A DNA stretch of 64,000 bases from Pelagomonas calceolata (Eukaryota), in the NCBI GenBank assembly GCA_918797485.1, contig CAKKNE010000005.1:4650001-4714000 (forward strand), given 5' to 3'. The notes under the pieces are model-generated. The model was not told the origin of the DNA and made no database searches. It saw only the letters and a list, made by a program, of their open reading frames with translations. Position 1 is the stretch's first letter. Each line of letters opens with the position of its first letter. The translations under genes were made by a program, and so were the position numbers. Shown here piece after piece: positions 18,202 to 28,400 of this stretch.

Positions 18202-21069
18202 TTATCCCGCGAGCTTCTCGAGGAGCTCGTCGGCGCACCGCTGGCGGTTGTAGAGCGTGTGGCCGTGGAGCCCCTCGCGGCCCGACAGCATCATCGCAAG
18301 GCACAGCTGGAGCTCGCAGACGTGGTGCGTTTCGCGGTCGGTCTTCAGGATGATATTCACCATCACGTCCCGCCACTTCGACGGTGGTGGATGGTTGTGG
18401 CGGTCCTTGACGCGGACGACCGAAATGTCTTTTGCCCGGGCGAGGGATTCTAGGAGATACGTCAAGTCCCCGAGCGTGTCACAGACGAGCATGTCGCGAT
18501 TGACGTCGCAGACCTTCGACGTGTCGTCCGGCGCTTCGGGCTTCAGAGCACATTTTTCGACGATGCGCGCGGCGCCCTTGGGCGGAGGTTTCTTGCGGCT
18601 GACGTTGCTGCCAGCGGCAACCGTGAGTCTTTCAACGAACTTGTCAAACTCTGGCGCCACGTCAAGCGCGTCCGCCAGCAGCGCCGGCGCCGACGCGGCG
18701 CGCTCCAGCGGCGGCGCAGACGAGGCACCCAGCGCCGGCGCCGACTCCGCGCGCTGTAAGCACGTGCCAGACGCGCCGGCCCGGAGAGTCTCTATGGCCT
18801 TGTCGTAGGCGTCTTTTGCCTGCTTGCCCGCCGATTCCAGCGCAGTGTCGTAGATGCTGATGTAAATCTTACTAAAGAAATCCGTCGCCTGGTCGCTGAC
18901 GGCACGCAGGCGTGCCTCCACGCGCTTCGGGTCGCCCGCGAGTTCCTTCTTGATCGCCTCATGGATGCGGCTTTGCAGGAACTTGCATTCGGCCTCGAGT
19001 CGTGCGGCCTCGAGTCGTGCGCGCGTCACGTTCGAGGCTTCGAACTTCGAGCGCTCTTCCGCGTGCAGGCGCTGCGCGCGGTTGGCGAAATAGTAATCAC
19101 CCTTGAGCTCGTCGCGTCCCGCGAACTCGACAAATTCCTTGAGAGGCCCCGGGGGCATTTCCATGCTCTTCTTGGCCTTCTTCTTGCTTGCAAAGTCCGC
19201 GATGATTTGTCGGGCCCTTGCGATGTCTACGTCTTGTCGATCTGCGCCGAGTTCATCCAGCAGCTCGTCGATGCAACCTTCCGTTTTGAGCAGCCACGGG
19301 GGCCATTTTTTGTTTGAGAGGTCTTTTACCGTTACGGCATTACCATCGATCAGGTCCTTCAACTGTTTCATCTTTTTATCCTTCTGTTTCGTTATTTGCT
19401 CCGGCGTCATCGCGTGGACCTTCATTGCGTGGACCTTCCTAGCGAGAGGCCGACGCCATCGGTAGGCTATGGCGGCGGCGCAACACAAAACTAAGGATAT
19501 CACGATGATTGCGACGAGCATTTCCACGCTCGGGCCGGCATCCTTGGAGGTCTTACACTCTTTTAGGATCCAGCAATGAGGTCCGGGTGCCGGTTCCGGA
19601 GGGATCTCGAACACGTAGGCCGAGCCCGCGCCGTCTCGCCGGGTCCCGACCACGACGGTGGTGCCGGCAATCGCCACGGAGATGCCGGCTATATTCGAGT
19701 ACGCTGCTGCGTCGGCTGGCATCAGCTTGGCGATTTGGTTGTACGTAACGACTTCTGGAGACACATAATAAGCGTAGCAGTCTCTCCAAGTCGTGTACGT
19801 GCTGCTTTCGGTCGTGCGAAAGACGTAGACCGCGCCACCGGTGCCAGCGTTGTAGGCTCCGACCACGATAGTGCTGCCGTCGACTGCCACGGACCAGCCG
19901 AAGTGGTCGCCCGCAGCGGCGTCGGTGGCCGTCAGCTTGGCGACTTGGTCGAATTTATAAAACCATGAGTGAGCGCAGAGAGGGGGATCTAGGCGTGGGC
20001 CGAAGTACGTGAGAAAAACGTAGGCCGAGCCCGATTCGTTGTCGTCCCCGGGGGCCCCAACCACGACGGTGTTGCCGTCGATAGCCACGGACCAACCAAA
20101 CCGATCCCCCTCGACGGAATCATCTGCCGTCAGTTTTTCCCACCCCCATTGACTGTAGACGTAGGCAGCTTCGGAAAAGCCCCCGACCACGATCACGGGT
20201 TGCGTGAACTCGGTGGTAGTTAAAACATAGTTCCCACCTGGGTCGTAAGTACCGCCGGTATAAGAGTCAGCGTACTCGAATATCGCCACGGAGTAGCCGA
20301 AGGCGTCGCCCGCCGAGAAAGTGTCGTCAGTGTACGGGTCCCCGGTATTTTGGGACCCCGGTGGCAAGGACGCCGGCACCGAGCCCAAATTGTCCACGTA
20401 GTCCTCGGTGCTTCCATAACCAAGGTCGGGTCTAGTACCTGGCGACCACGTGGCGCCATCGTCACTCGTCTGGTATAGGTAGACAAGTCCCATATCAGCT
20501 CGGGTAATGAGATTTGCCATATCATCCCAGACCGACACGTCCTTGCCGTAGGCTCCGACCGCAACGGTGCCTTGCTTGATCGCCACGGACCAGCCGAAGA
20601 GGTCGTTCGCCGCCGGCGTGGCAGGCCATAGGTTCGCCGCGGCGTCGGCGGCCGTCCGCTTGGCCACCAGCCCATACGTAAGGCCGTCGGTCGTGCGGAA
20701 GACGTAGGCCGAGCCACCAGGGTCGTCGTAGGGAGACCCGACCACGACTGTATCGCCGTCAATCGCCACAGCGATGCCGAACTGGCCGTGCGCCGCAACG
20801 GCCGTCAGCTTGGTCACCTGGGCAAACGTTGCGCCGCCGTCGTCCGTACGGAATATGTAGACAGAGCCCGGCGTCGCCGGTACGGTGTTGTTGCCTGGCA
20901 CCCCGATCACGACGGTGTCACCGTCGATGGCCACGGACCAGCCGAAGTCGCTCGCGGCGTCGCTAGCCACGAGCTCTGCGATCTGGCGATACTGAAGAGG
21001 TGCGCTGTCCGGGGCGGCGGGCGATAGCAGATGCAGCCCGACAATCCAGAACAAATACCCCTGCATCAT
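18202..21069 (-). CDS. type I membrane protein: signal peptide, FG-GAP repeat beta-propeller, TM, coiled coil, RelA/SpoT-synthetase-like nucleotidyltransferase domain
   Basis: About 7 repeats of FGWSVAIDGDTVVVGA...GSAYVF. TM MLVAIIVISLVLCCAAAIAY followed by RWRR. C-terminus PKGAARIVEK..VCDVNRDMLVC..RVKDRHNHPPPSKWRDVMVNI..HVCELQL..HTLY. Confidence 0.82.
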   Translation of the reverse strand: MMQGYLFWIVGLHLLSPAAPDSAPLQYRQIAELVASDAASDFGWSVAIDGDTVVIGVPGNNTVPATPGSVYIFRTDDGGATFAQVTKLTAVAAHGQFGIAVAIDGDTVVVGSPYDDPGGSAYVFRTTDGLTYGLVAKRTAADAAANLWPATPAANDLFGWSVAIKQGTVAVGAYGKDVSVWDDMANLITRADMGLVYLYQTSDDGATWSPGTRPDLGYGSTEDYVDNLGSVPASLPPGSQNTGDPYTDDTFSAGDAFGYSVAIFEYADSYTGGTYDPGGNYVLTTTEFTQPVIVVGGFSEAAYVYSQWGWEKLTADDSVEGDRFGWSVAIDGNTVVVGAPGDDNESGSAYVFLTYFGPRLDPPLCAHSWFYKFDQVAKLTATDAAAGDHFGWSVAVDGSTIVVGAYNAGTGGAVYVFRTTESSTYTTWRDCYAYYVSPEVVTYNQIAKLMPADAAAYSNIAGISVAIAGTTVVVGTRRDGAGSAYVFEIPPEPAPGPHCWILKECKTSKDAGPSVEMLVAIIVISLVLCCAAAIAYRWRRPLARKVHAMKVHAMTPEQITKQKDKKMKQLKDLIDGNAVTVKDLSNKKWPPWLLKTEGCIDELLDELGADRQDVDIARARQIIADFASKKKAKKSMEMPPGPLKEFVEFAGRDELKGDYYFANRAQRLHAEERSKFEASNVTRARLEAARLEAECKFLQSRIHEAIKKELAGDPKRVEARLRAVSDQATDFFSKIYISIYDTALESAGKQAKDAYDKAIETLRAGASGTCLQRAESAPALGASSAPPLERAASAPALLADALDVAPEFDKFVERLTVAAGSNVSRKKPPPKGAARIVEKCALKPEAPDDTSKVCDVNRDMLVCDTLGDLTYLLESLARAKDISVVRVKDRHNHPPPSKWRDVMVNIILKTDRETHHVCELQLCLAMMLSGREGLHGHTLYNRQRCADELLEKLAG

Positions 21070-21205
21070 CGTGACAGCAGGAGCCCAGGGGCAGCCTGTA
21101 GGTCGTGCGATCCGATTAACGCAGCGTAGCGCCGACGCTCCAGAACAAATCAGAAGCCCAGGGGCAGCCACAGACCGCAGATCTGTAACGCCGAATCCAA
21201 ATAAT

Positions 21206-21226
21206 GCTAGCGGTAAGACACACTAG
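21206..21226 (+). promoter_or_regulatory. bipartite GCTAGC...ACACTAG motif
   Basis: GCTAGCGGTAAGACACACTAG between the divergent FG-GAP/RSH and EST1-like genes. Confidence 0.6.
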
Positions 21227-21414
21227 GAAGCTATTATCTCGATGAAGCGCGTGGCCAGCAATATTCCTGGCGTAACTCAACGGCAATATTATCTCTGCGG
21301 CCCCTTCCAGGGCTTCTGCGCGAGCTCATTCGAACGCTGGGCCCAGATTTGCCGAGTTTGGAGCCGCTGCAGCCTTAGACCCAAAATGACAGTCGAGCGC
21401 GACGCGTCGAAGCC

Positions 21415-22101
21415 ATGACGCGCACGCTCCAGCATCAACTCGCGGAAGCGGACGCCGCCGCGCTGGAACGGACCATGGCTTCGGGCGGCACGACGGTCGA
21501 CGTCGACACGCTCGATCGAGCGCTTTGGAAAGCGCTGAAACCGGCGCGCGCGCTGACCGGCCGGACACCGCGGCGTCATCGCCGCATGGCGACGCGTTCG
21601 CGCGCGCGGGCCGCCGACGTGTACGAAGAGCTGCTCGCGAAGTCGGAGGCACGCGACAACGCGGCGTCGAAGCGCGGCCGCTACCGCTGCTTGCTGCGCC
21701 TCGGGGACCTGCGGCGCTACGGCGGCGACGCGAAACGCGCCACGGCCTGGTACGAGCGCGCGCGGCGGGCGGAACCGGGTCGTGGAGAAGCAGAGAACGG
21801 TCTCGGGGCGGTCGCACAGGCCACTGGTCGGCCCGTGACGGCGGCATACCTGTACTGGCGGGGATCTCGTGCGGCGCGGCCGTTCAGACCGGCAGCGCGC
21901 AATTTCAAGGCCATGCTCGAGATTCTGCGGGGCCGCGCCGAAGACGACGAGGCCGCCTCTATCATCGTCCTGGCGTTTGATGGGGACGCGGCGGCGGCGT
22001 CTGCGCGCCTCGCAGACCTCCGGGCCCGGAAGGCGCTTAGCGCGTCGCGGTTGGCGGAGTGCGAGGCGCTGCTGGAGCATGCTGCAAGGCGCGTGCAGTA
22101 G
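21415..22101 (+). CDS. short EST1/SMG5-7-like TPR protein
   Basis: RCLLRLGDLRRY...ATAWYERARRAEPGRGEAENGLGAVA...AAYLYWRG...PFRPAARNF matches the EST1/SMG7 14-3-3-like pattern. Confidence 0.7.
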   Translation: MTRTLQHQLAEADAAALERTMASGGTTVDVDTLDRALWKALKPARALTGRTPRRHRRMATRSRARAADVYEELLAKSEARDNAASKRGRYRCLLRLGDLRRYGGDAKRATAWYERARRAEPGRGEAENGLGAVAQATGRPVTAAYLYWRGSRAARPFRPAARNFKAMLEILRGRAEDDEAASIIVLAFDGDAAAASARLADLRARKALSASRLAECEALLEHAARRVQ

Positions 22102-22147
22102 TTGTTTGTCTAACTTGTTATTAACGTACGGACGACGAGCGGGCGAG

Positions 22148-23050
22148 CTAGGCCTTTCGGCTACGAGTGTCGCGACGAGCGTTGCGGCGACGGAACACCT
22201 TCGTGAGGTAGTCGTGGCCGGCGAACTGGAGCGCCCAGAGCGGTCCCATGTAAGCCGAGCGTTGCGGTAGGCCGGTGTAAAACGTCCGAGGACCCTCGTC
22301 TCGCGCGATGGTAGCGATGCAGTCGCCGACGTTCTTGTAGGGTGGCAAACTAGACGCCGCCTGGGTCATCATGCGGGTCTTCACTACATCTACAGGTTGT
22401 GTCACGACACCCGCCACGAGGGCCGCGGTCACTCCTCGGCCCAGAGATTCGGCGGTGCTCTTGGCCTCACCGCGCCACGCAGACAAAGCGCCATACACCG
22501 TGAAGGTAACGACTACGAACGGCACATTGCGCGCGGCCGTCGGCAACGCGCCCACGAAAAAGCCTCTTGGGCCCTCCGTCCTCGCAATGTTTTTGACAGC
22601 GGCGAAAACGTTGGGGTAAATGCCGGCTACTAATCTTTGTTTCAGGACCTCTTGCGGCACAGTGACGGAGCACGACGCCAGCGCCGCACAAGCCGACGCC
22701 TGGACATCGACCAGCGTCGACGGCGTCTTCGGCTGCCGCCGGGCGATCGCTCGTCTTGCCCTACCTAGCACTGCGAATTGTATCGCGCCCACTGGAAACG
22801 CGAAGCAAGAGGTGAAAACGCAGCCATTCACCAGCGTCTTGGCGCCTAGTTCCGCCAGCGTCTTTGCGCCAGTTCTAGTTTGTGCTAGCGTCCGCAAGGC
22901 ATCAGCGGGGTACATCAATAGCTGCGCCGCGGCTCTGCTGGCGCCACCCGCGACGAGCGTTTGCGTCGTGGTCAGCGGTTGCTGCTTGTTTTTGCCACGC
23001 AGCGCGCTTGCCGTTGTTGCCGCGAGGCATAGTGTCCAGAGCGTCCGCAT
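22148..23050 (-). CDS. mitochondrial carrier family (SLC25, SAM-carrier-like) protein with signal-peptide-like N-terminus, possibly plastid-targeted
   Basis: Three Px[DE]xx[KR] repeats: YPADALRT, VPQEVLKQR, QPVDVVKTRM. N-terminus is MRTLWTLCLAATTASA. Confidence 0.88.
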   Translation of the reverse strand: MRTLWTLCLAATTASALRGKNKQQPLTTTQTLVAGGASRAAAQLLMYPADALRTLAQTRTGAKTLAELGAKTLVNGCVFTSCFAFPVGAIQFAVLGRARRAIARRQPKTPSTLVDVQASACAALASCSVTVPQEVLKQRLVAGIYPNVFAAVKNIARTEGPRGFFVGALPTAARNVPFVVVTFTVYGALSAWRGEAKSTAESLGRGVTAALVAGVVTQPVDVVKTRMMTQAASSLPPYKNVGDCIATIARDEGPRTFYTGLPQRSAYMGPLWALQFAGHDYLTKVFRRRNARRDTRSRKA

Positions 23051-23180
23051 CGTCACGCGGTTGCGGCTTGCAGTGTCAGGCTGCTGCAAGTGTTGGTAGA
23101 GGGTTTGCAAAACAGTGCAATTGCGATCGCTGATGCACGAGCGCACCGGTGATGCGCGTTTGTCGGGCCTGTGAGTGTTC

Positions 23181-23203
23181 CTAGTGTGTTACGTGCCGCT
23201 AGC
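23181..23203 (-). promoter_or_regulatory. bipartite GCTAGC...ACACTAG motif
   Basis: Minus strand reads GCTAGCGGCACGTAACACACTAG, between the divergent carrier and MFS genes. Confidence 0.55.
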
Positions 23204-23396
23204 TCGCATCGTCACGACAACGCGAGCAATTCCCACGCTGCAAGGCATCAAAACTACGTGATAGCGCAAGTTCTTGCAAGCAGACGTGGACAAGCTACGT
23301 TTCCGAATCATCACAAGGCACCGATAGGGCCAGAGGCTGCACATACTTGCACATACTTGCACAGTGCACACATACAAGTAGCACGAAGCAAAAACA

Positions 23397-25278
23397 ATGC
23401 GCGCCGCCCTCGACCACTGCTGCGAGCAGCCTCCACACGAGCAATGGGTCCCGCTCTTCAAGATCCAGGTGTTTTTCTCCTGCGTCTCGTTTAGCATCAT
23501 CGTGCCGTCGCTGGCGAACTACTTGAGGCGCATGGGCGCCGAGGAGTGGGTGCTCGGCGTGGCCGTGGCCGTCTACTCGCTGGGCGAGATGGTCGGCAGC
23601 GCGGTCTTCGGGAAGCTCATGACGAAACGGTTGCGGGAGGCGCCGGCGACGGGGCCCCGGCGCTGTTTGTTGGAGACGATGGTCTTCGGCGTCGTGGGTT
23701 CGATCCTATATGTCGTCGCGGACGACGTCGGCCAGTCTCCTAATCTGCGGAATTGGGCGCCGTGGGTCGTCGTCTGTGTGGAAATCAAAATTTTACGGCA
23801 CGTTCGTCCAGAATCGCCGAGAAATGACTTAGTGAAGAATTATCGGGTGCACCCGCCACACTGGTTGATTTCCACACAGGTCGTCGTAGTTGGAAGATTT
23901 CTGGGAGGGATTTGGACGGGCGGCAAAATGGTCGTGGACTGTGTGGAAATCAAAATTTTACGGCGCGTTCGTGCTGAATCATCGCGTCGTCCTCCACGCC
24001 ATCGACGCGACGCCTGCTCGATGGCGTGGCGATGTCGGTTCCTCACCGCTCGACCGAGCCAGGACGGCCGCGTCATCGCCGAGAAATGACTTAGTGTTGA
24101 ATTCTCGGGTGCACCCGACACACTGGTTGATTTCCACACAGGTCGTGGAGCAGACGTACGTCGGCGTCGCCGCGCGCGAGGACCGCGTGACGCCGCTGAC
24201 GTCGGAGATTGGGGTCTATGCGGTTCTAGGGTTCGTCGCGGGCCCGTCGGTCGGTGCGCTCTTCGCTCCCCTCAACCTGGATTATGGCCGCTGGCGCGTC
24301 GACGAGTTCACGGCGCCGGGCTACTTCGTCGGTCTTTTATGCGTAGCGATGATGGTTGCCTGCTACCTTACTTTCAACCCGTCGGACGCTGTGTGGAAAT
24401 CAAAGACATCGAGCAGGCGTCGCGTCAATGGCTTGGAGGACGATGCGACGATTCAGCACGAACGCGCCGTAAAATTTTGATTTCCACACAGGTCGGACGG
24501 CTACGCCAAGCCCTTCCAGGGCCACAAATTGGAAAGACGCCTCTCCCACAGCCTCGCGTCGCCGTCCATCGGCGCGTCGCCGCGCACGAATGTCGTGAGG
24601 CGAACAACGCAGCGGCGGCCCGACGCCGTCGGATTGGCCGTGTGCCTCGGCGCCTTCTTTGCGCACTTCTACTCCTTCGCCATCCAGGAAACAATAACAA
24701 CACCCTTCGTGACGGCGCGCTACGGCTGGTCGCAGCGTAGGGTGGATACGCTCTTCGCCGGCGTGTCCGTGCTGTCTCTAGTTACGTCCGTGCTGGTCGC
24801 CGAGCTGTCGAACCGCTGGAGCGACTACGATTTGCTCGTGCTGTCGCTGGTTTTGGGGTTTGCGGGGTCGCTCGTATTGTTGGATCCGCCGCTCTGGCCG
24901 GCGCAGCTCGGCGAGGCGCGGTTCCTCGCGGGCTTCGCGTTGATCACGGTCGCGTTTCCCTTCGGGAGGAACGTGGCCCTCGCAACGTTCTCCAAGGTGC
25001 TGGGGCCCTGCGACCAGGGCGAGTGGATGGGTCTGATGTTTGTGGTGGGCGCGCTGCCGCGGTGTCTGGGGCCGTCGTGGTCGCTCTACGCGCTCCAGCT
25101 CGCGTGCGTCTTGTTCCCGCATCCGGCGCCGTGCCCGAAGGGCGGGCGGACGTGCCTCGAATTCGGCATCTCGGCGCTCATCTTCGGCGCGACGCTCGTG
25201 ACCGTGGGCCGCACGCGGCGGCGCCTGCGGCCCTACGACGCGGACGACGAGGGCGGCGAGCGCGTGGGGCTGGTTTGA
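23397..25278 (+). CDS. MFS transporter (MFSD8-like); exons 23397-23765, 23880-23930, 24142-24380, 24492-25278
   Basis: FSIIVPSLANYL, LGVAVAVYSLGEM, VGRFLGGI, LGFVAGPSVGALF, DEFTAPGY, FSKVLGPCDQGEWMG, RCLGP. Removing three introner introns gives one continuous frame. Confidence 0.88.
23774..23879 (+). mobile_element. introner element (106 bp, internally deleted), 8-bp TSD GTCGTCGT; intron 23766-23879
   Basis: TIRs CTGTGTGGAAATCA / TGATTTCCACACAG. Identical direct repeats at 23766-23773 and 23880-23887. Confidence 0.92.
23939..24141 (+). mobile_element. introner element (203 bp, apparently full length), 8-bp TSD GTCGTGGA; intron 23931-24141
   Basis: Same TIRs. Direct repeats at 23931-23938 and 24142-24149. 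Confidence 0.93.
24389..24491 (-). mobile_element. introner element (103 bp, inverted orientation), 8-bp TSD GTCGGACG; intron 24381-24491 on +
   Basis: Same TIRs. The interior is the reverse complement of the left half of the 23939 element. Direct repeats at 24381-24388 and 24492-24499. Confidence 0.92.
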
Positions 25279-25404
25279 CCATTTCTAGTAACGATTAGGT
25301 GTTGTGAAGTTACTATTTACAGACATTGTTGTCGCCCCCGAGCTAACACTCGGGGCGACAGCGTAGCGCGGGGCGGGCGTGCGGTCTAAGCAAAGCAACA
25401 AGGA

Positions 25405-28400
25405 CTAGCTCAGCCGCAGGTCCAAAGTTGTACGGGTAGCGTTCCGCGGCGCCTCGTGCTCCTTCCGCGTTTTCACGACCTCGAGGTGGGGCCGGCCCGC
25501 CGTAAGTTTTGACAAACCGGCGCGCGTCGACTTCTTGATGCGCGTCGGGTCCGAATGTAAGGTCCCGGCCTTCGACTTTTTGGAGCCGCTCTTGACCTCG
25601 CGCTCGGCGAGGGCCGCGCCATACACATCTAAATGGGTCAGGTGCCGGCAGTGGTCCACGAAGGAATGCAAGAACGACGCATCTAATCTTTGACAGTTCG
25701 CGAGCGACGCCACCGCGACCATTGGCAGCGCGCCCGGCTTCAGCGGGACGCTGCGCAGCCGCGTGCAGCCCGAGCAATCTAAATGTGTGGCTCGCGGCGC
25801 TATGACAGATAGGTTACTGAGACCGTCGCACCGCGGCACGGCCAGCGCCAACAACCGCGGTCCATCCAACATAAGCCCGTCGACGTGGCGGCACCCGTCG
25901 AGCTCCAAAGCTTCCAGGTTCTCGAAGCGCAGCGGCGGCCGTGCCCGCCCGCCAAAGTCATTCACATGACTTCGCGGCGACGACGACGACGGCGATGAGT
26001 TAGATACGGACGGCGGGCTCCGCGACAGGCCGTCCGTCGAGTTGTCGTCGGACTCGTCGCCGTTCGACGGCGCCCACCAGTCGCCCTCGCGGTAGGAATC
26101 GACCTCGTCCAGTAAATCCAACAGGGCTCGGACCCGCTTCTTGTTGCCCCCCTGCTGGTGCGCGAACTCGCAGGTCGCCCTTGAACATCTTCCGGCCAAA
26201 AAGCGCGCGCAGACCGGCAGGCCCGTCCGCCGGTCGACGGGTAAGGCGGCGGCGACCTTCGCGAACCGTCTATACTCCGCGCTCCGCGGCTCGGCCAGCC
26301 GCCTTAGGACAGAGGGCGTGCCGCTCCCGCCCGCGTGGCCGCCGACCCAGCACTGCAGCAGCGCATCAAACCGCTCGCCGTTATGTTGCCGCCGCTGGCG
26401 CCGCGGCGGCGTCGCCCGCGCCGGCGACGGCGAGCGCCGCTCAACACGCGGCGGTTCGTCGAAGGCGAGGCGCCGCGACGTCGGACTCGCGAAGGACACG
26501 TTCCGCTCGGGCCGCTCGTCGTCCATCGCGAAGAGCTCGTCGTCGGACTCGGCTTCGGGCCCCTTGACGGGCGTCATCTCGCCGAAGTGGCCGTCCGACG
26601 TGGCCGACAGGCGGCGATCCGACGACGCCACCGGCGGCGGCAGCTGCGTGTCCGAGGCCAGCGTCCCGCGGCAGTTCGCGCAGGCGACGAGCCGCAACCG
26701 CCGCAGCGCGGGACACGCCAGCGGCAGGGCCGCGAAGTGCTTCGCCGTGAAGTCGCGCGCCCGCAACAACTCGAGCGACACCAGCCCATCTAGATGGGGC
26801 GCCTCGTTGCCGAGATACGCTGCTCTAGTAGCCGCTCTGGCTCGCAGCACGCCGCCCAGCGTCGCGCGCGCGGCGTCATCATCATCATTCTCGTGCGAGA
26901 CCATCGCGTCCTCCAGGGTCAGGGACTTCAGGGCCGTGCCGGCTCGCGCGAACGCCGCCGCGAAGGCGTCCGACGGCGCCCTTAATCGCCTCAATGAACG
27001 TAAGCGCTCGGGCGCCGAGCTGTCGACGCCCCGCACGCCGCAGAACGCGCCCGCGCACTGCGCCGCGTTCAGCTCATTTAGTAAAGGCGCCCGCTTCACG
27101 CCGAGTTTTTGGACCGCGCAGCGCGTCAGCCGCAGCACGCGCAGGCGCGGCAGCCGGTCGAGGAGCAACGAACCAAATCTCAAACCCTCCAAGTCGAGCG
27201 TCTCGATGTTCGATTTGAGGGCCGCGTCGCCGACGGCGTTCGCGGACGTCGCCCGCAGCGACGCCGTCTGCAGCGTATCTAGCGTATGCAACAAAGCACC
27301 CACATCTAGGGCCGTCAGCGCGCTGCACGCGATGTCCAGGGCCTTGATGGACGCGAACTTTGAGACGAGAGGCGGCCGGGCGACGACGTGCGCGACGGCG
27401 AAGCCGCCGACCCGTTCCAGATTCGGCAGGATGCCCTGGACGTGCTCGAGCGACGCGGCGAGTGGTCTCACGGAACCATCCCAGCTGCCGCGCACGTCCA
27501 GATCCACCAACGACTTCGGGAGTTTTGCCAGTAACGCCTGGAGCCAGACATCGCGGATTTGAGTATTATCAAAACCGACGAGGGCACACGAGAGGAAGGC
27601 CAGCGACGTCCCGCGCCAGGACGCGTCGAAGGGCGGCAGATCATCTAAAGTCGACGCCGTCGCCGCGTCGAGCGACTCCTCCGAGTCCGACGCGTCCTCG
27701 TCCCGGATGAGGCGCAGCGCCGCCTCGCGCCGCGCGCGCAGTTTTGAAATGCCGCCCCGCCGCAGATCGCAGCGGAGGCGCCTCAAATGAATTCCTAGCG
27801 TCGCGCAGGACCGCCAGCACGCGCCGGCCGCGAGCTTCGGGCACCGGCGACAAGACAGCTCCTCGAGGGCCGAACTCGCGAGGAGCGTATCTAACGCGTC
27901 GTCGTCGAACAGGTCGCAGCCGTCGACCGCGCACCGCCGCAACAAAGCGCAGCCGGATAAGGCTTGGGCGCAGCGCGGGCCGGCGCCCGTCCGCGACACG
28001 TCGGCCGCCTCCAACGTAGACGCGCAGGCCTCGACGAGCGCCGCCGCCGCGTCGTCGGACACGAGCGGCGCGTCGCGGAACCGCAAATCTTTTAGCGCCG
28101 TGTGCTCGCGCAGCGCGTCCGCGAAGCGGCCCTCGGCTTCCCGCGCGCCGGCGATGGACAGCACCTCGAGCCCGCCCTGGTCCGTGGCCGCGCTCCGCAG
28201 CATGGACTTGATGGCGCCGTCCGTGACGTGCAGGAGGCACGCCTCCTCGGAGTGCGCGGCCGCGCGCGCTCTTCCGAGCAACGCCGACGACGGCTTCGGG
28301 GCCGGCCGCTCCTCGGCCGCGTCCTGCTGGCCCGTGCGCGTCCAGTGCGTGGGGACGACGCCGCCCTGGCCGCCGCCGAGGCCCGCCGCGCGCAGCTCCA

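Noticed and set aside
23840..24480. ORF-track peptides such as CVEIKILRRVRAESS, HAIDATPARWRGD and HWLISTQ, also at 51601-51830 and 55372-55453
   Set aside because: These are translations of the introner repeat read through in frame, not a conserved protein domain.
23766..24499. Repeated about 14-bp sequences with unique spacers, superficially CRISPR-like
   Set aside because: The repeats are inverted pairs with TSDs inside a eukaryotic gene. The spacing is irregular and there are no cas genes.
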